From positions 1 through 64,000 of IMG/VR virus record IMGVR_UViG_3300020472_000011: 64,000 bases of DNA, one strand, 5' to 3'. The notes below the pieces were generated by a model, which was not told where the DNA came from, searched no databases, and saw nothing but the letters and a program-made list of their open reading frames with translations. Both the position numbers and the translations under genes were made by a program. This stretch comes from an uncultured virus (IMG/VR IMGVR_UViG_3300020472_000011) (taxonomy: Duplodnaviria; Heunggongvirae; Uroviricota; Caudoviricetes). Positions 28,417 through 36,510 of the stretch are shown here, in pieces; positions within the stretch are counted from its first letter, which is position 1; each line of letters begins with the position of its first letter.

Positions 28417-29058
28417 TTAAACAGGGTTAAAATTTATATTCAATACAATACGTTCTGTTGTGCTCTCTGGATAGCGAGAGGCATGATATCTTCGACCATC
28501 AAATAAAACCATTCTACCTGATTTAGGTTTCACAGTTTTAGCAACGGTAAAGAGACTGGGGTCATACCCATTAATGAATCTCTTGATACTAGGATCTAAA
28601 AATTCATTAAAGAAATGTGTATCTCCATCACTATCGTTCAGGTAATAAATTGCTGTGTACTTCAATCCATCACCTTGATAATCAACATGTGGAACATGAT
28701 GAGGGTGTTTGTTCTTGTTCAATGTAAAGAGACCCAATCTTAATTGAACAAGATCCTTGATAGTCATATTGATCTTTTCTTCCATCGAGTACAAGAGAGG
28801 AACGAAGATATCATACGACTCAGATTCCTTACCCTCTCTCCCCCAAAGGATGTGCATAAACCCAGTAAATAGAGCATCCTCAACTTCTAATTTAGAATCA
28901 TTAAGTTTATTCTGTTCCCAATACCACAAAGGTGCTGTTATATCACGATTGAAATACCATGGAAACTTAGAATCCATAACGGATTGTCTAAGATGCTCTT
29001 GATATCTTGGACTGATTACATCATCAATAACTAAGATATCTTCAAAATGGTTAGCCAT
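28417..29058 (-). CDS. 2OG-Fe(II) oxygenase
   Basis: FPWY, PHVD, AIYYLNDSDGDT, VLFDG..YHAS, RIVLNINF. Confidence 0.85.
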   Translation of the reverse strand: MANHFEDILVIDDVISPRYQEHLRQSVMDSKFPWYFNRDITAPLWYWEQNKLNDSKLEVEDALFTGFMHILWGREGKESESYDIFVPLLYSMEEKINMTIKDLVQLRLGLFTLNKNKHPHHVPHVDYQGDGLKYTAIYYLNDSDGDTHFFNEFLDPSIKRFINGYDPSLFTVAKTVKPKSGRMVLFDGRRYHASRYPESTTERIVLNINFNPV

Positions 29059-30757
29059 TGGACTTGTTAGGAACCTTAACTAGTTTTTGAATTTCTGGGA
29101 GATACATGTACTCGATCTCACTATTATCTAATGTCTCTAACGCATCATGGATAGTTTCAACAAGAGGTTCGCCTCCAAGATTGAAACTAGTGTTAAAGAG
29201 TATAGGTACATCTGTAATCTTATGGAAAGCATTAATGAGTTTATAGTAATGTTCATTTTGTTCCTCAGTCACAGTTTGTATACGACAAGTTCCATCAACA
29301 TGAATTACTGACGGAATCTTCTCCTCAACACCTTCAAGACACTCCACAGCATACATCATGTGTGGTGTTTCATCTCTTCCTTTCAAATCAAACCACTCAT
29401 GAACATGTTCTTTCTTAATAGAACATGCAAATGGTCTGAACCATTCTCTGTGCTTAACACCATTAACAATATCCTTACCATCCTTAATAGTAGGATCAAA
29501 TAATATTGAACGATTACCTAAAGCACGAGGACCACCTTCTGATCTTCCTTGGAAGATAGTAACAATCTTACCTTCACGGATAAGTGCAGCAACTGAATCA
29601 TAATCAGTATCTGTTACATCACGTCCAGCAATAGCATCTTCATAGGTAGTAGGATCATACTGAGGACCATAATAAACAGATGCTTGCTTTTTAGGTTGTT
29701 CGTTGTCAGTAAGTTGATGCCATTTATAAAGTGCTCCACCAATAGATGTACCACCATCATGTGAAATAGGTTCACAATATAGGTTAAGTTCAGGGAAACG
29801 ATCCCAGTACTTATAGTTTGCTACACAGTTAAGACCATAACCACCACAGACTACAATGTTCTTTTCGCCAGTTAAATCAACTGCTTTCTCAATCAATTGA
29901 CACATACGTTCAGAAGTTTCTTCCTGAATTTTATATGCCATATCCTTCTGTATATCTGTATGATCTAATCTTTCACCTTCACCTTGTTGATGTTGCTTAC
30001 GATCATCTTTAAGTATTTGGAATCTAGATTCATTAACAGTAGCAGCATTAGGATATGTTGGAACAATTAAATCTCTGTTACCCCATTCCCCATTAAAGAA
30101 TGATGGTATCTCATCATTAGGTTTACCATATGGTGCAAGACCCATAAGTTTACCTGCTTCAATAGCAGGGAATCCACAGTACTGTGTTACTGCTTCATAC
30201 ATTTTAGTATGACCAGGATACTCAGTAATGAATGTATTAGGTTCTGGTTCATGGAAACCAATAGCAGCTTTAGTTCCGATATGTTTCCATACAGATTCAA
30301 ATTCTTCTGGATACTCTGCATGGAATATAGTTTCAAATTCATACAAAGTATCTGGAACTTCTTGCATATTTAAGAAACTTCCAGCACCATCTGCAATAAC
30401 ACATGCAGCAGATTCAAATCCAGAATTATAGAAACCGCATGCAGCATGCATCTCATGGTGGTTTAAATCAATATAAGTTGTTTCAAATTCCCATTTCTTT
30501 CTAGCAATCTTTCTTACAAATCCCTCATACATATGCTCACCAGTCCAATCTAAATTAGGACCAGATCTATGTGTATGACATACAACTAGATGATCAATAT
30601 GATCAACATACTCAAATGCTTTAAGTATACCTAGCATAGGAGATCCATCATACTTAAATCTACTAAGCCTCTCTTCTTCGAGATAGAAGACTATCTCACC
30701 GTCTACCATTAGTGTGGTACTACCGTTGTGACCACGTGCAACACATAAAATAATCAT
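29051..30757 (-). CDS. Carbamoyltransferase, NodU/CmcH/TobZ family (copy 1)
   Basis: EEERLSR.KYD, HHEMHAACGFYNSGF, DGAG, AGKLMGLAPYG, GGYGLNCVAN, RSEGGPRALGNRS, FRPFA, HVDGTCRIQT, NTSFN. Confidence 0.95.
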   Translation of the reverse strand: MIILCVARGHNGSTTLMVDGEIVFYLEEERLSRFKYDGSPMLGILKAFEYVDHIDHLVVCHTHRSGPNLDWTGEHMYEGFVRKIARKKWEFETTYIDLNHHEMHAACGFYNSGFESAACVIADGAGSFLNMQEVPDTLYEFETIFHAEYPEEFESVWKHIGTKAAIGFHEPEPNTFITEYPGHTKMYEAVTQYCGFPAIEAGKLMGLAPYGKPNDEIPSFFNGEWGNRDLIVPTYPNAATVNESRFQILKDDRKQHQQGEGERLDHTDIQKDMAYKIQEETSERMCQLIEKAVDLTGEKNIVVCGGYGLNCVANYKYWDRFPELNLYCEPISHDGGTSIGGALYKWHQLTDNEQPKKQASVYYGPQYDPTTYEDAIAGRDVTDTDYDSVAALIREGKIVTIFQGRSEGGPRALGNRSILFDPTIKDGKDIVNGVKHREWFRPFACSIKKEHVHEWFDLKGRDETPHMMYAVECLEGVEEKIPSVIHVDGTCRIQTVTEEQNEHYYKLINAFHKITDVPILFNTSFNLGGEPLVETIHDALETLDNSEIEYMYLPEIQKLVKVPNKSNG

Positions 30758-30759
30758 AG

Positions 30760-31941
30760 TTAACCTTTTTTCGCTAAGTCAGCAAATCCAGAAGGAACTT
30801 TGCTTAGTGGTTTAATGTCTTTAGTATCTGCCATCAATGCTGGAATCAAATTTGGATTGTTGGATTGTTTCATCATACCTGTTGGAACAGTTGGTTGTTT
30901 TCCAGAAGCCATTTGCTTCTTCATGTCCTCTTCCATCTGTAAAGTATAATCTACTTGTTGCTGCATCTCTTCAGGAAGTCTGATAACTTTATCAGAAGAT
31001 TTATAATACTTCTTAATAAGTTTATCAACCTCTTGCATGATAACAGATTCAACCTTATCATTCATCGCCATAATACGATCATTGACTCTGTTAGTATACT
31101 CATCAATGGTGATACGAATAGGATCGTATACTCTTAAACCTTCACCCATATCAAGAACACTAAACTTCTTGTCATCTGGGTAAGTAATATTTTCTTTGAA
31201 TGTAGATCCAACAACTACAACTGCTGGTTTGTCAAATGCCTTAGCAATATGTTGTCCTACAGAATCACATCCTAAGAATAGATCTGCTGCTTTGATAGCA
31301 CCAGCAAGTTCTCTTAATGGTCTGTTGGTAGGATGAGATACAGTATCAGTCATTCCTTCCTTCTCAAAATCAATTGTTAATTCTGATAGAAGAATAACAG
31401 AGTATTTTTTCTGTAACTTCTTAATGATACTAATGACATTATTAAATTCGAAACTTCTACCAGAAGTATCCATAATAATATTACCAGCAGTCTGAACTCC
31501 TCTACCAAAAGGTTGGAAGACTACGGTTTTCTTTTTCTTAGTTCTTTGACGAACCTCTTCAACAACAAAAATTCCAGTTGTTTCTTCTTCTCTGGAAAGT
31601 TTAATTGTTGGTGCAGGAAGATCTCTTGGTTCTTTCAAACCATTAATCTCAATGTCAAACGCTTGAGAGAGATTGCATTTTTGATTATAGTAATGCCAGA
31701 TTCTATATGGTTCTGGTGTAACTATATCTGTGTGTTTAATCTTGTCTTCGAAAAGATCTTTATGCCAGTGATCGTAGCATTTCCTATGTAGAGTAGGGTG
31801 ACCTTTATAGAAATCTGTACCACCTTCGCAGACTATTACAAAGTCTTCGTCTGGATGGTCTTCCGCATATTTTTCGAATGCAGGGATAGAGCATAGTACA
31901 CGTCCAGCTCCACCGTTAATAAAGAACGACTTGGGTCTCAT
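30760..31941 (-). CDS. GT9 / heptosyltransferase-like glycosyltransferase (GT-B fold)
   Basis: N-terminal FINGGAGRVLCSIPA; VVFQPFG; LRELAGAIKAADLFLGCDSVGQHIAKAFDKPAVVVVG matches the GT9 DS..H.A.A...P motif. Confidence 0.75.
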   Translation of the reverse strand: MRPKSFFINGGAGRVLCSIPAFEKYAEDHPDEDFVIVCEGGTDFYKGHPTLHRKCYDHWHKDLFEDKIKHTDIVTPEPYRIWHYYNQKCNLSQAFDIEINGLKEPRDLPAPTIKLSREEETTGIFVVEEVRQRTKKKKTVVFQPFGRGVQTAGNIIMDTSGRSFEFNNVISIIKKLQKKYSVILLSELTIDFEKEGMTDTVSHPTNRPLRELAGAIKAADLFLGCDSVGQHIAKAFDKPAVVVVGSTFKENITYPDDKKFSVLDMGEGLRVYDPIRITIDEYTNRVNDRIMAMNDKVESVIMQEVDKLIKKYYKSSDKVIRLPEEMQQQVDYTLQMEEDMKKQMASGKQPTVPTGMMKQSNNPNLIPALMADTKDIKPLSKVPSGFADLAKKG

Positions 31942-31989
31942 AATATGTTAATATAGAATGATATAGAAGGATTTATTCAACTTCGCTAC

Positions 31990-31997
31990 TATTTATA
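31990..31997 (-). promoter_or_regulatory. T4-type late promoter heading the GT9/carbamoyltransferase/heptose operon
   Basis: Exact TATAAATA ~50 nt upstream of the GT9 ATG, just after a terminator. Confidence 0.82.
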
Positions 31998-32002
31998 CGC
32001 AT

Positions 32003-32030
32003 AAAAAAGGACGGTTTTTACACCGCCCTT
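32003..32030 (-). terminator. Intrinsic terminator after the Cys-rich gene block
   Basis: Minus strand AAGGGCGGT-GTAAAA-ACCGTCCTT-TTTT: GC-rich stem with one G-U pair and a U-tract. Confidence 0.8.
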
Positions 32031-32058
32031 ATCAGATCTTCCGATCCATCTCGAACTT

Positions 32059-32913
32059 TTAATCAGCTTTTGTGCCGTCTCTAAGTGTTTGAACTTGTGC
32101 AGATTCTAGAACAGCAGCATCAGGAACATCAGATGACTTAGTTAATCCTGTTGCAGCATCAATCAACTCTTCGTAGTCTGTAACACGATAGTCATATCCA
32201 TCAATCCAAGGAGTACGAGGATCATCAGGGAATGGAATCATGTGTGGTCCCCAACCATCAGCAGCAGCGAACTTTGTATAGATACCATTTAGTTCACCAA
32301 TAAATGCTGTAAGAGCAGCTCTTTGCTGGTCAGTAAGGTTACCTTGACCACCATTCTCAGTTGCTTCTGCGTCTAGGTTTGCTTGAGCATCTGCAACTAG
32401 AGTATCTCTTGCTGCTTTATGCTGTTCCATTGAAATCCAAGGCTTGAACCAAGGAAGAGGAGACTTCCAAGCACCTGCTGCTTGATCATATTCGATCTCA
32501 TCAGCTGCATAGGCATGATCAGGAGAGATTGGTTCTGGACGTGAGTAATATACTGTATCGTCTCCAGCAATCTTATAATCTTTCTGAGTATAACCAGATG
32601 CTTTACCAGTATCTTTAGGGAAGAGGATAGAAGCAATGACTGCTTCCTCATCACTAGGAGAAGACATGTCAATCTGAACTGCGATCTCATCTATACCAGC
32701 ACGAACATTTGCATGCTCGATGTCACCAGTAGTTGGCTCTCTGTTAAACCCAATACACGATTGTGATGGAATCCATTTGTTAGTTTCTTTATCAACGAAA
32801 ACGAACAACCATCTTGGACCATCATATGTCCATTCGGCAGTCTTTCCTAAAGAATCAGTTTGTGCCAAATAATCATCTGGCACTTTATATGTGAATGTTT
32901 TTGTAAAAGCCAT
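32059..32913 (-). CDS. Hypothetical protein, probable fibre assembly chaperone of the Cys-rich proteins
   Basis: 284-aa acidic ORF right after the fibre-like trio; W..H..ARD.L...A...L...P.DP helical tail resembles tail assembly chaperones. Confidence 0.55.
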   Translation of the reverse strand: MAFTKTFTYKVPDDYLAQTDSLGKTAEWTYDGPRWLFVFVDKETNKWIPSQSCIGFNREPTTGDIEHANVRAGIDEIAVQIDMSSPSDEEAVIASILFPKDTGKASGYTQKDYKIAGDDTVYYSRPEPISPDHAYAADEIEYDQAAGAWKSPLPWFKPWISMEQHKAARDTLVADAQANLDAEATENGGQGNLTDQQRAALTAFIGELNGIYTKFAAADGWGPHMIPFPDDPRTPWIDGYDYRVTDYEELIDAATGLTKSSDVPDAAVLESAQVQTLRDGTKAD

Positions 32914-32949
32914 AACCTTTGATTACCTATACTTTCCTATTTATATTAT

Positions 32950-33855
32950 TTACAAGTTTTCGTCGTACTTGAAGTTGATACGGATCATACCAGCAGTACC
33001 GTTCTCTCCACGACAACAACCACCACCACAAGTCCAACCAGAAGGTCCACCAACACCAGGTACATAGTTGTGATCAGAGAATGATCCACCCCATCCTAAC
33101 TGAGCAGATGCCCAATGTAGCATGCAATGTCCACATCCACTGTTTTCACAAGTAACAGCAGTCATCCAACCACCTTTACCGTTAACTAATCCAGCAGGAT
33201 AAGCAACGTGTTGTTTGTTCCAGCAATGATTACTATAACAGAATACGTAAGCAGCACCAGGAACACCGTATGCTCCACCGTCTGCACCACAGTAAGTTGA
33301 ACAGCAACCATAAGGACAACTACTCATGCACTGAGCATTCCATGTGCAGCAGCATAGGAAGCAGCATGAGCATCCTCCATGTCCACCTACAGCACAGAAG
33401 TTACTCAAACCATAACCAGTGACGTAAGAAGTACCACCTTGATTACCACACTGTGATCCAGTTCTACCACAACCAGGTCTACCTACATGAACATCATAGG
33501 AACATCCTTGAAGAGATGCAGCAGCACCTGTAATACGTTTCCACGCATATGCACCAGAACCAGAAGGCATGCCCCTAGAACAGCAGCAGGATGATCCTCC
33601 ACCTCCTCCAGCACCCCAGAGTTCGAAGATAACATCACAGACTCCAGTAGGAATACACCATAGTGGATACCTATAGTAGTTGTAACTGGTAGAATGTTCA
33701 CTACAAGTTGAACCACAAGCACCGTGAATATACTGTACACAATAACCAGCAGACGGTAGTCTTGCTAGTTTTGTGGTAGCATCGGGTGCTGATAGTCCCT
33801 CCAATGAATCTGATGTAACGAATCCTAATAGATCTCGTAAATTTGTATTAGCCAT
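32950..33855 (-). CDS. Cys-rich, Gly-rich fibre-like protein (paralogue 3)
   Basis: 31 Cys in 301 aa (hand count); LRDLL N-terminus, WC.P, FELWGAGGGG..CCC, YPAG, GGGCC...G.IRI. Confidence 0.85.
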   Translation of the reverse strand: MANTNLRDLLGFVTSDSLEGLSAPDATTKLARLPSAGYCVQYIHGACGSTCSEHSTSYNYYRYPLWCIPTGVCDVIFELWGAGGGGGSSCCCSRGMPSGSGAYAWKRITGAAASLQGCSYDVHVGRPGCGRTGSQCGNQGGTSYVTGYGLSNFCAVGGHGGCSCCFLCCCTWNAQCMSSCPYGCCSTYCGADGGAYGVPGAAYVFCYSNHCWNKQHVAYPAGLVNGKGGWMTAVTCENSGCGHCMLHWASAQLGWGGSFSDHNYVPGVGGPSGWTCGGGCCRGENGTAGMIRINFKYDENL

Positions 33856-33878
33856 CTATAGTGCCTCTGTCCTCTTAT

Positions 33879-34817
33879 TTAGTTAAAGTAGTACCAAGCA
33901 CAGTCTTCGTTCTGTGAACTTGTCTGTAACCAGCATGAGCAGTATGTGATTCTAATGAATCCACCGCCACCACGCCATCCGTAACAACATCCACCACCAC
34001 ACGCAGTAGCAGAAGGAGCACCAACTCCAGGAAGTCCTGGACCACCGTTACAGTTAATGTTGTACGCCCAAGGAGTCGTACCTGAACAATACATGTATGA
34101 ATGGTTACATGCATTACCTTGATAGTTTTGTGTTAACCAACCACCTTTTTGATTGATAAGACCAGCAGGATAAGGCATACCACCTTTAGTCCAACAGTTA
34201 TTATCATTACAATGAGTGATGAAGAAACCAGGTCTTCCTTTAATCATCTCATCTCCACCGTAGGAGCATGCTCCATCTTCGTGAAGTCTCCATCCTCCAC
34301 ATCCACCCCAAGAAACTTTATCTTGGCATCTATATGTTGAGTTCCAGAAAGCCCAGCAACATGTCTTACCAGGAAGTCCACCATCAGCACAGAGGTTGCT
34401 TAAGTTACAACCACCAACCCATGTTTTACATCCTCTAATACCACAGCAGCATCTTGAGCAGCAGTTAGGTGATGCAACGCAAAGTTGATAACACCAACCA
34501 CCTTGTATCTGTGGATACTCAAGAGTCTTTCTTACGTATGCTCCAGCACCACCAGGCATACCTTGTTGACAGCAGCAAGCACCACCGCCTGAACCGCCTC
34601 CACCCCACAACTCGAAAGTTGCTTGAGTAGTACCACAAGGAACGCACCAATACTGAAGACAGTAACCTCTGTAACTACTTTCGCAGTTATCTTGGTTACA
34701 ATAAGGATGGAATAAAAATACTCTACCTTCGTGGTTTTTTTCTAGTGTAGTATTTGCTGAAACTGTTTCATCTATAGTTGAAGCAAATTCTCTTCCTAAT
34801 AGTTCTCGTAAATTCAT
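33879..34817 (-). CDS. Cys-rich, Gly-rich fibre-like protein (paralogue 2)
   Basis: 34 Cys in 312 aa (hand count); LRELL, WCVP, FELWGGGG...CCC, YPAG, GGGCC...GFIRITY. Confidence 0.85.
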   Translation of the reverse strand: MNLRELLGREFASTIDETVSANTTLEKNHEGRVFLFHPYCNQDNCESSYRGYCLQYWCVPCGTTQATFELWGGGGSGGGACCCQQGMPGGAGAYVRKTLEYPQIQGGWCYQLCVASPNCCSRCCCGIRGCKTWVGGCNLSNLCADGGLPGKTCCWAFWNSTYRCQDKVSWGGCGGWRLHEDGACSYGGDEMIKGRPGFFITHCNDNNCWTKGGMPYPAGLINQKGGWLTQNYQGNACNHSYMYCSGTTPWAYNINCNGGPGLPGVGAPSATACGGGCCYGWRGGGGFIRITYCSCWLQTSSQNEDCAWYYFN

Positions 34818-34827
34818 TTGCCTTTCC

Positions 34828-35754
34828 TTATGTTTTACAGTATAGAGTAATTCTTACGAGTCCATGAGCACCCTCAGAAGAACAGCAGCAACCACCACCA
34901 AACACCTGAGCAGATACACCACCAGAACCAGGAGGACCGTTTCTCCAGCAGTCTCCTGAGAGTCCACCGTTGTTACCTGTCAACCATAGTGTTTCAGTTC
35001 TACCACAAGTTGCCATAGTATGCTTTCTATAACCATTAACAACTCCATAACGAGCACCGTACATAGCAGGATATGGATGGTAGTCTTTCTTCATGCAATA
35101 GTTACCACAACCAGGGTTGCAATCATAATGAATATAAGGAGTAAGACCGTTCCAATACCACTTACCATACTTTTCACACTCATCCATACAATCACTATTA
35201 TTGATTGTATAGTGTTCGTTTTGAGTTCTCTGACAAGATTTACCAGTATCGGTTATTCTAGTTCTACAAGAGAAGTAAGAATCAATCCAGTGACAGCACT
35301 GATGACCGTGACAACCACCACATGCACAGAAGTCGCTTAATCCTGGACCACTAATATAGGATTTGCAACCATCAAAACCACCGCCAGAAGGGTATCTACA
35401 CGTACCATTGGCGACACATATATCATAACAACAGTTATCTAACTGGGAGACACTTTGTACAGCAGCACAAACAGTACAAGCACTGTACTGACCAGAGTGA
35501 CCAGGCCAAGCAATAGAACAGCAACATGTACCAGAGCCGCCTCCACCGCCACCCCAGATTTCAAACTTAACCCTACATATGCACGATGCAGGGACGCACC
35601 ATCTTATACGTTGCCAGTCGTAGTTATACGAACTCTCAAACTGCCAACACATATTTCCTCTATAATATATCTGATGCTGACCACCGCCCATATACGTTTG
35701 TATAGGGACTACATCTGCTTCAGGTACATCTAATAGATCTCGTAAACTCGACAT
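34828..35754 (-). CDS. Cys-rich, Gly-rich fibre-like protein (paralogue 1)
   Basis: 32 Cys in 308 aa (hand count); LRDLL, WCVP, FEIWGGGG...CCC, YPA, GGGCCC...GLVRIT. Confidence 0.85.
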   Translation of the reverse strand: MSSLRDLLDVPEADVVPIQTYMGGGQHQIYYRGNMCWQFESSYNYDWQRIRWCVPASCICRVKFEIWGGGGGGSGTCCCSIAWPGHSGQYSACTVCAAVQSVSQLDNCCYDICVANGTCRYPSGGGFDGCKSYISGPGLSDFCACGGCHGHQCCHWIDSYFSCRTRITDTGKSCQRTQNEHYTINNSDCMDECEKYGKWYWNGLTPYIHYDCNPGCGNYCMKKDYHPYPAMYGARYGVVNGYRKHTMATCGRTETLWLTGNNGGLSGDCWRNGPPGSGGVSAQVFGGGCCCSSEGAHGLVRITLYCKT

Positions 35755-35772
35755 TTTACTACCTTAGTTGAA

Positions 35773-36096
35773 TTAGTTGGATAGAATTGACCATCCGTAG
35801 GCTGAACCTGTGTAAATGAGCTCAAGTGAAGCGTTCTTCAAATCGAAATCAAGATCTTCAGCCAAATTAGCGATCTTGTGTCCATTTCTGGATACTGTTA
35901 CTTTGTTAGTATCACAGTTACCAGCAGCATCAATTAAATTGATTCTGTCTCCTAGTTTACCGTTAGCAGGTAAAGTTACTGTGAATGCAGCACCAGTAGT
36001 ATCAAGTAGCAAAATTTGTCCAGCCAATACAGAATGTGCTGAAGTAACTGCTACGGTTTCTCTTGTGTCAGATGCAGGTGTTAGGTTGCGTCCCAT
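35773..36096 (-). CDS. Small tail fibre adaptor domain protein
   Basis: DTTGAAFTVTLPA...GD.I..IDAAG......VTV.RNG.KI....EDL......LIY.....GW, a domain type seen in T4 gp34-like proximal fibres. Confidence 0.75.
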   Translation of the reverse strand: MGRNLTPASDTRETVAVTSAHSVLAGQILLLDTTGAAFTVTLPANGKLGDRINLIDAAGNCDTNKVTVSRNGHKIANLAEDLDFDLKNASLELIYTGSAYGWSILSN

Positions 36097-36130
36097 TGTT
36101 CTAAAATCTCCTTGTAAATCTATTTATTAA

Positions 36131-36454
36131 TTAGGAAGTTGATTCTTCGACACCATAGGCAGAGATACTCACGCCAGTTGTGTCTGAGAAGGCAACAATT
36201 TTCTTACCTGTTTGTATGGCGAATCCAGTTCTTTCAAGAACTCCATATCCTCCAATCTCAGCATTGTACTCGACATACTCCGCAGCAGATGGTGTATCAG
36301 CAGCTGCAAGAGCAACTCGTACATCAACTGGTGTCGCATTAGTGTTGACAATGTTGAAGTTACAATATGCTACTGTACTTGCAGGTACTGTATATATTGT
36401 TGTTAATGTGTTTGCGGCTAGGGATTGTTGTGTCCCCAATATTCCAGATGCCAT
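36131..36454 (-). CDS. Small fibre connector protein
   Basis: TTIYTVPA...NIVN...VRVAL...EYVEY...VLERTG...SAYGVEE; same pattern as the two N-terminal domains of 21830-22963. Confidence 0.75.
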   Translation of the reverse strand: MASGILGTQQSLAANTLTTIYTVPASTVAYCNFNIVNTNATPVDVRVALAAADTPSAAEYVEYNAEIGGYGVLERTGFAIQTGKKIVAFSDTTGVSISAYGVEESTS

Positions 36455-36492
36455 TTACCTATTCTCCGTGTAGACGATAGTGGTTTATTTGA

Positions 36493-36500
36493 TATTTATA
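36493..36500 (-). promoter_or_regulatory. T4-type late promoter for the connector/adaptor/Cys-rich block
   Basis: Exact TATAAATA, intergenic, ~40 nt upstream of ATG 36454. Confidence 0.8.
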
Positions 36501-36510
36501 AAGTGGGGGA

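Noticed and set aside
23002..31941. Cluster as a DNA hypermodification or host LPS conversion system
   Set aside because: Not excluded but ranked lower: it is under a late promoter inside the tail region, has no nucleotide kinase, thymidylate-synthase-like or DNA-binding partner nearby, and its GT9 lacks the LPS-type Asp.
32950..35754. Diversity-generating retroelement or invertible cassette behind the fibre paralogues
   Set aside because: No reverse transcriptase or recombinase in the window, no ~100-nt TR/VR pair differing at adenines seen, and all copies face the same way.
32950..35754. RiPP precursors or metallothioneins
   Set aside because: At ~300 aa with a Gly-rich fibre-tip scaffold and adaptor/chaperone neighbours they fit structural proteins; no lanthipeptide, YcaO or radical SAM enzyme is present.
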